Shown here one piece after another: positions 61,851 through 64,000 of a stretch of 64,000 bases of DNA. A program made the translations under genes and the position numbers. The number at the start of each line of letters is the position of its first letter. Positions within the stretch are counted from its first letter, which is position 1. The stretch is taken from the NCBI GenBank assembly GCA_964486045.1, contig CAZALK010000004.1:235772-299771 (forward strand), written 5' to 3'. The DNA comes from an uncultured archaeon. Its GTDB lineage: Archaea; Asgardarchaeota; Lokiarchaeia; Sigyniarchaeales; SOKP01. Under the pieces are notes generated by a model. That model was not told the DNA's origin, ran no database searches, and was given only the letters and a program-made list of their open reading frames with translations.

Positions 61851-62120
61851 AAGATATTACATACAGCAGATTCAGCTACGTTTTCAAATGAATTAAAATC
61901 TCTTAAAGATGAAATTGATCTGTGCTTTGTTGCCTGTTTTGAGAGCAATTTTAATGATTATCTAAAATTTTTAAAAAAAATTACTCTAAAATTGGTAATT
62001 CCATATCATTTTACTACAGAAAAAGAAGGTGGAGCTAAAAAATTAACAGGATTTCTTCTTGATAATGATATTAATTCAACTTTTCTTTCAATTGGAAAAG
62101 AATTTGAATTTTCCTTTTAG
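61851..62120 (+). pseudogene. 5'-truncated MBL-fold hydrolase (C-terminal half)
   Basis: Manual translation KILHTADSATFSNELKSLKDEIDLCFV...LKLVIPYHF...EFEFSF*; in-frame TAA at 61833 and no start codon. Confidence 0.7.
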
Positions 62121-62579
62121 GAGATATTAGGATTATAAAAAAACTATTTAATAATTTCTTACCGAAATTGAAGTTTAAGTTTAAATTCCCTTTTGGAGTT
62201 AAATTTATACTTTATGAGGAGATTGTGCAGATTCTTAAGAAGATTTTTATGTCGAGTGATCTACTAGAAGAAGATAGTAGATTTTAAAAAATTATATTTC
62301 TTCATTAGCCTTTTCTTCCTGTCTTGGCTTTTTACCTTTTTTATAACTTTTCATAAATTTTTTATAATTGATTGGTTATAAACCTAATTTTTGTAATTAT
62401 TTTTCAATTTCTAAATTTTGTTTAAACTTGAGTTATAAGACTGTATTTTAATATTTTTAACCGAATAATAGAGAAAGACAAATAAAAGCAACCAAGTTAA
62501 TCATAGTATTTAAATTATCAATTAGTTTCTATTAGCGTATAAAATAAACCATTTATTAAAAAATTATTGAAATATAACA

Positions 62580-62711
62580 ATGATACAATTATATCATCAG
62601 AAATGTAAGTGTATCATTACTATATCTTTTTAATATGATATAGATATAGCATTGGGTAATCAGTTAACTGTGATATAAATATATCAGTCAATTATGATAT
62701 TTTTATAGCAT
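62580..62711. repeat. array of four imperfect palindromes TGATA-N6-TA(T/G)CA
   Basis: Copies start at 62581 (TGATAcaattaTATCA), 62636 (TGATAtagataTAGCA), 62671 (TGATAtaaataTATCA) and 62695 (TGATAtttttaTAGCA). Confidence 0.75.
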
Positions 62712-62766
62712 TTATATACTATTTTCTTAATATAAATATTAAAGTTAAAAAAAAAGAATTGTTAGA

Positions 62767-62955
62767 ATGTCCGTTCCAGAGAAAATTATTGAAGTATTAA
62801 AGAAACAAAACCGATTAACCATGGAAATTGAAGAGTCGAGTTCTTGGGGAGCTCAGCCTCTAAAGTCTTGGGGAAATAGGTTTATTATTATTTTTAATTC
62901 AATTCTTATAAATCGAGGCTTCTACAAAAATCCTAAAAAGAATAAAAAATTTTAG
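62767..62955 (+). pseudogene. short ORF, possibly a truncated winged-helix protein start
   Basis: MSVPEKIIEVLKKQNRLT resembles wHTH helix 1; the rest looks non-coding or chimeric. Confidence 0.3.
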
Positions 62956-63283
62956 AAATTCTCCCATACTCTTGGGTAGCTCTATCTTTAAACCACTCAA
63001 TAAATTCAGGAAATTTATTTTCATCAATAATATCTTCAATATTATATATATGAAGATATCCTTACCTCGAAAAGTAAACACCTAATTTTTTTATTTCGCT
63101 ATCTCCTGGCATACTATCAATCCCATCAATTCTATATAGAGTGTAATAACCAATCAATTGATCATAATACTCTCGTTTCATTTGAAATATTTTAGTAGTT
63201 TTTATATCTATTAACATCTCATCTATAACTAAATCAGCATCTGCACCTCCAACCATAATAGAAGCATTACCGAAAGTAGGATC
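62933..63283 (-). pseudogene. 5'-truncated PD-(D/E)xK nuclease-family gene with internal stop
   Basis: DPTFGNASIMVGGADADLVIDEMLIDIKTTK...DQLIGY...LGVYFSR*GYLHIYNIEDIIDENKFPEFIEWFK; the frame continues past TAA at 63062-63064. Confidence 0.75.
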
Positions 63284-63600
63284 TTATCTATTTTTAATAA
63301 ATTAGCACAATTATCATCCAGATACAAAATTTTAAATAGGAAATTTACTGAATATGAGCTTAATGAGCCCATAAGAATCATGAAAAGAGATAAAAAACAG
63401 GAAAAAGAAAGAGAAGATCAGACTGTAAAAAAAAATAATAAAATGTATTTTTCTTTTGGGCTAATAATTGACACCTAACTTTTTTTTACTTTGTAAATTA
63501 TTTTTATGAGAATATTAAATTTCTATAGGATAGTCAAAAACATAAAGATTCTTGATTTTTGAGCACCCATCCAATTTAAAAAGGAGGAGAAAAAGGTAGA

Positions 63601-63768
63601 ATGCAAATGAGTAATGTTGAAGAAACTAGAAAAAACTTCATAGAACATGCTTTAAATGAGATACGCAGTACACCACATTACGGTAATTTTTACCTTCATA
63701 CCTATTATGTCATCGCGAAATTGGGGCTACAGCATAAGGCTAAAGTTGAAGGACTTTTCGAAAGCTGA
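63601..63768 (+). pseudogene. N-terminal fragment of an unknown gene
   Basis: AGGAGGAG upstream; MQMSNVEETRKNFIEHALNEIRSTPHYGNFYLHTYYVIAKLGLQHKAKVEGLFES*. Confidence 0.45.
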
Positions 63769-63934
63769 AGGTTTAAGAGAAAAAATTATTTTAATGTGTG
63801 GTGGGCCAAGAATAAGCAATACACTCGCTAAAGAAACAGGATTTGATGCGGGATTTGGATCAGGTACTTTTGCAGGGGTAGTTTCTACATTTGCTATTAA
63901 AGAGTTAGTTAAAAGAAGAAAACTAAAAGAATAG
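63761..63934 (+). pseudogene. C-terminal fragment of a B12-binding aminomutase subunit (lysine 5,6-aminomutase KamE / ornithine aminomutase-like)
   Basis: KAEGLREKIILMCGGPRISNTLAKETGFDAGFGSGT matches the cobalamin-binding Rossmann C-terminus; the DxH motif is absent. Confidence 0.7.
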
Positions 63935-64000
63935 TATAATGATTACAATCTAGTATTGAGAAACAACATATATCTCCCTTTAAATAATTCGGTGTTAACA

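Noticed and set aside
62580-62711. CRISPR mini-array interpretation of the palindrome cluster
   Set aside because: Units are only 16 bp with variable centres and irregular spacing; no cas genes.
62839-62875. TCTTGGGGA direct repeat and GGGGAGCTCAGCC tRNA-like 5' fragment (possible att site)
   Set aside because: Too short; no cloverleaf and no matching copy noticed elsewhere in the window.
63062-63064. Stop-codon recoding in the nuclease fragment
   Set aside because: The codon is TAA and the gene also lacks its 5' end; pseudogenisation is simpler.

Overview
AT-rich archaeal chromosomal DNA, most likely from an Asgard archaeon (Lokiarchaeia-like). This assignment is inferred from an archaeal histone plus several eukaryotic-signature proteins: roadblock-Rab-like GTPase fusions, an Arf-like GTPase, a longin-type protein and a RING-H2/TPR protein. 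Bases 1-19 kb hold an acyl-CoA/lipid catabolism cluster (CoA-transferase, 3 enoyl-CoA hydratases, FATP-like ligase, SCP2-type thiolase + DUF35, SDRs, 2 flavin oxidoreductases). Bases 19-45 kb hold housekeeping and signalling genes (thioredoxin, TPR protein, PAS histidine kinase, thiC, thiD, leuB, histone) mixed with the eukaryotic-signature genes. The most striking feature is a >5,200-codon minus-strand ORF (46168-61821). It has a long acidic, sequon-rich Ig/beta-type stalk, a DxDxDG calcium-binding-like region, a block of Gly/Ala-rich hydrophobic helices, and a basic C-terminal module ending in a PD-(D/E)xK nuclease. A small co-oriented gene follows 40 bp downstream. This is the layout of a polymorphic toxin-immunity pair, here in a putative Asgard archaeon. 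The giant gene appears 5'-truncated at a head-to-head deletion junction and is flanked by gene debris (glycyl-radical enzyme, MBL hydrolase, PD-(D/E)xK nuclease and aminomutase fragments) and a four-copy TGATA-N6-TA(T/G)CA palindrome array. No rRNA, tRNA, CRISPR array or transposase was recognised. All calls come from motif reading only; no searches were run.
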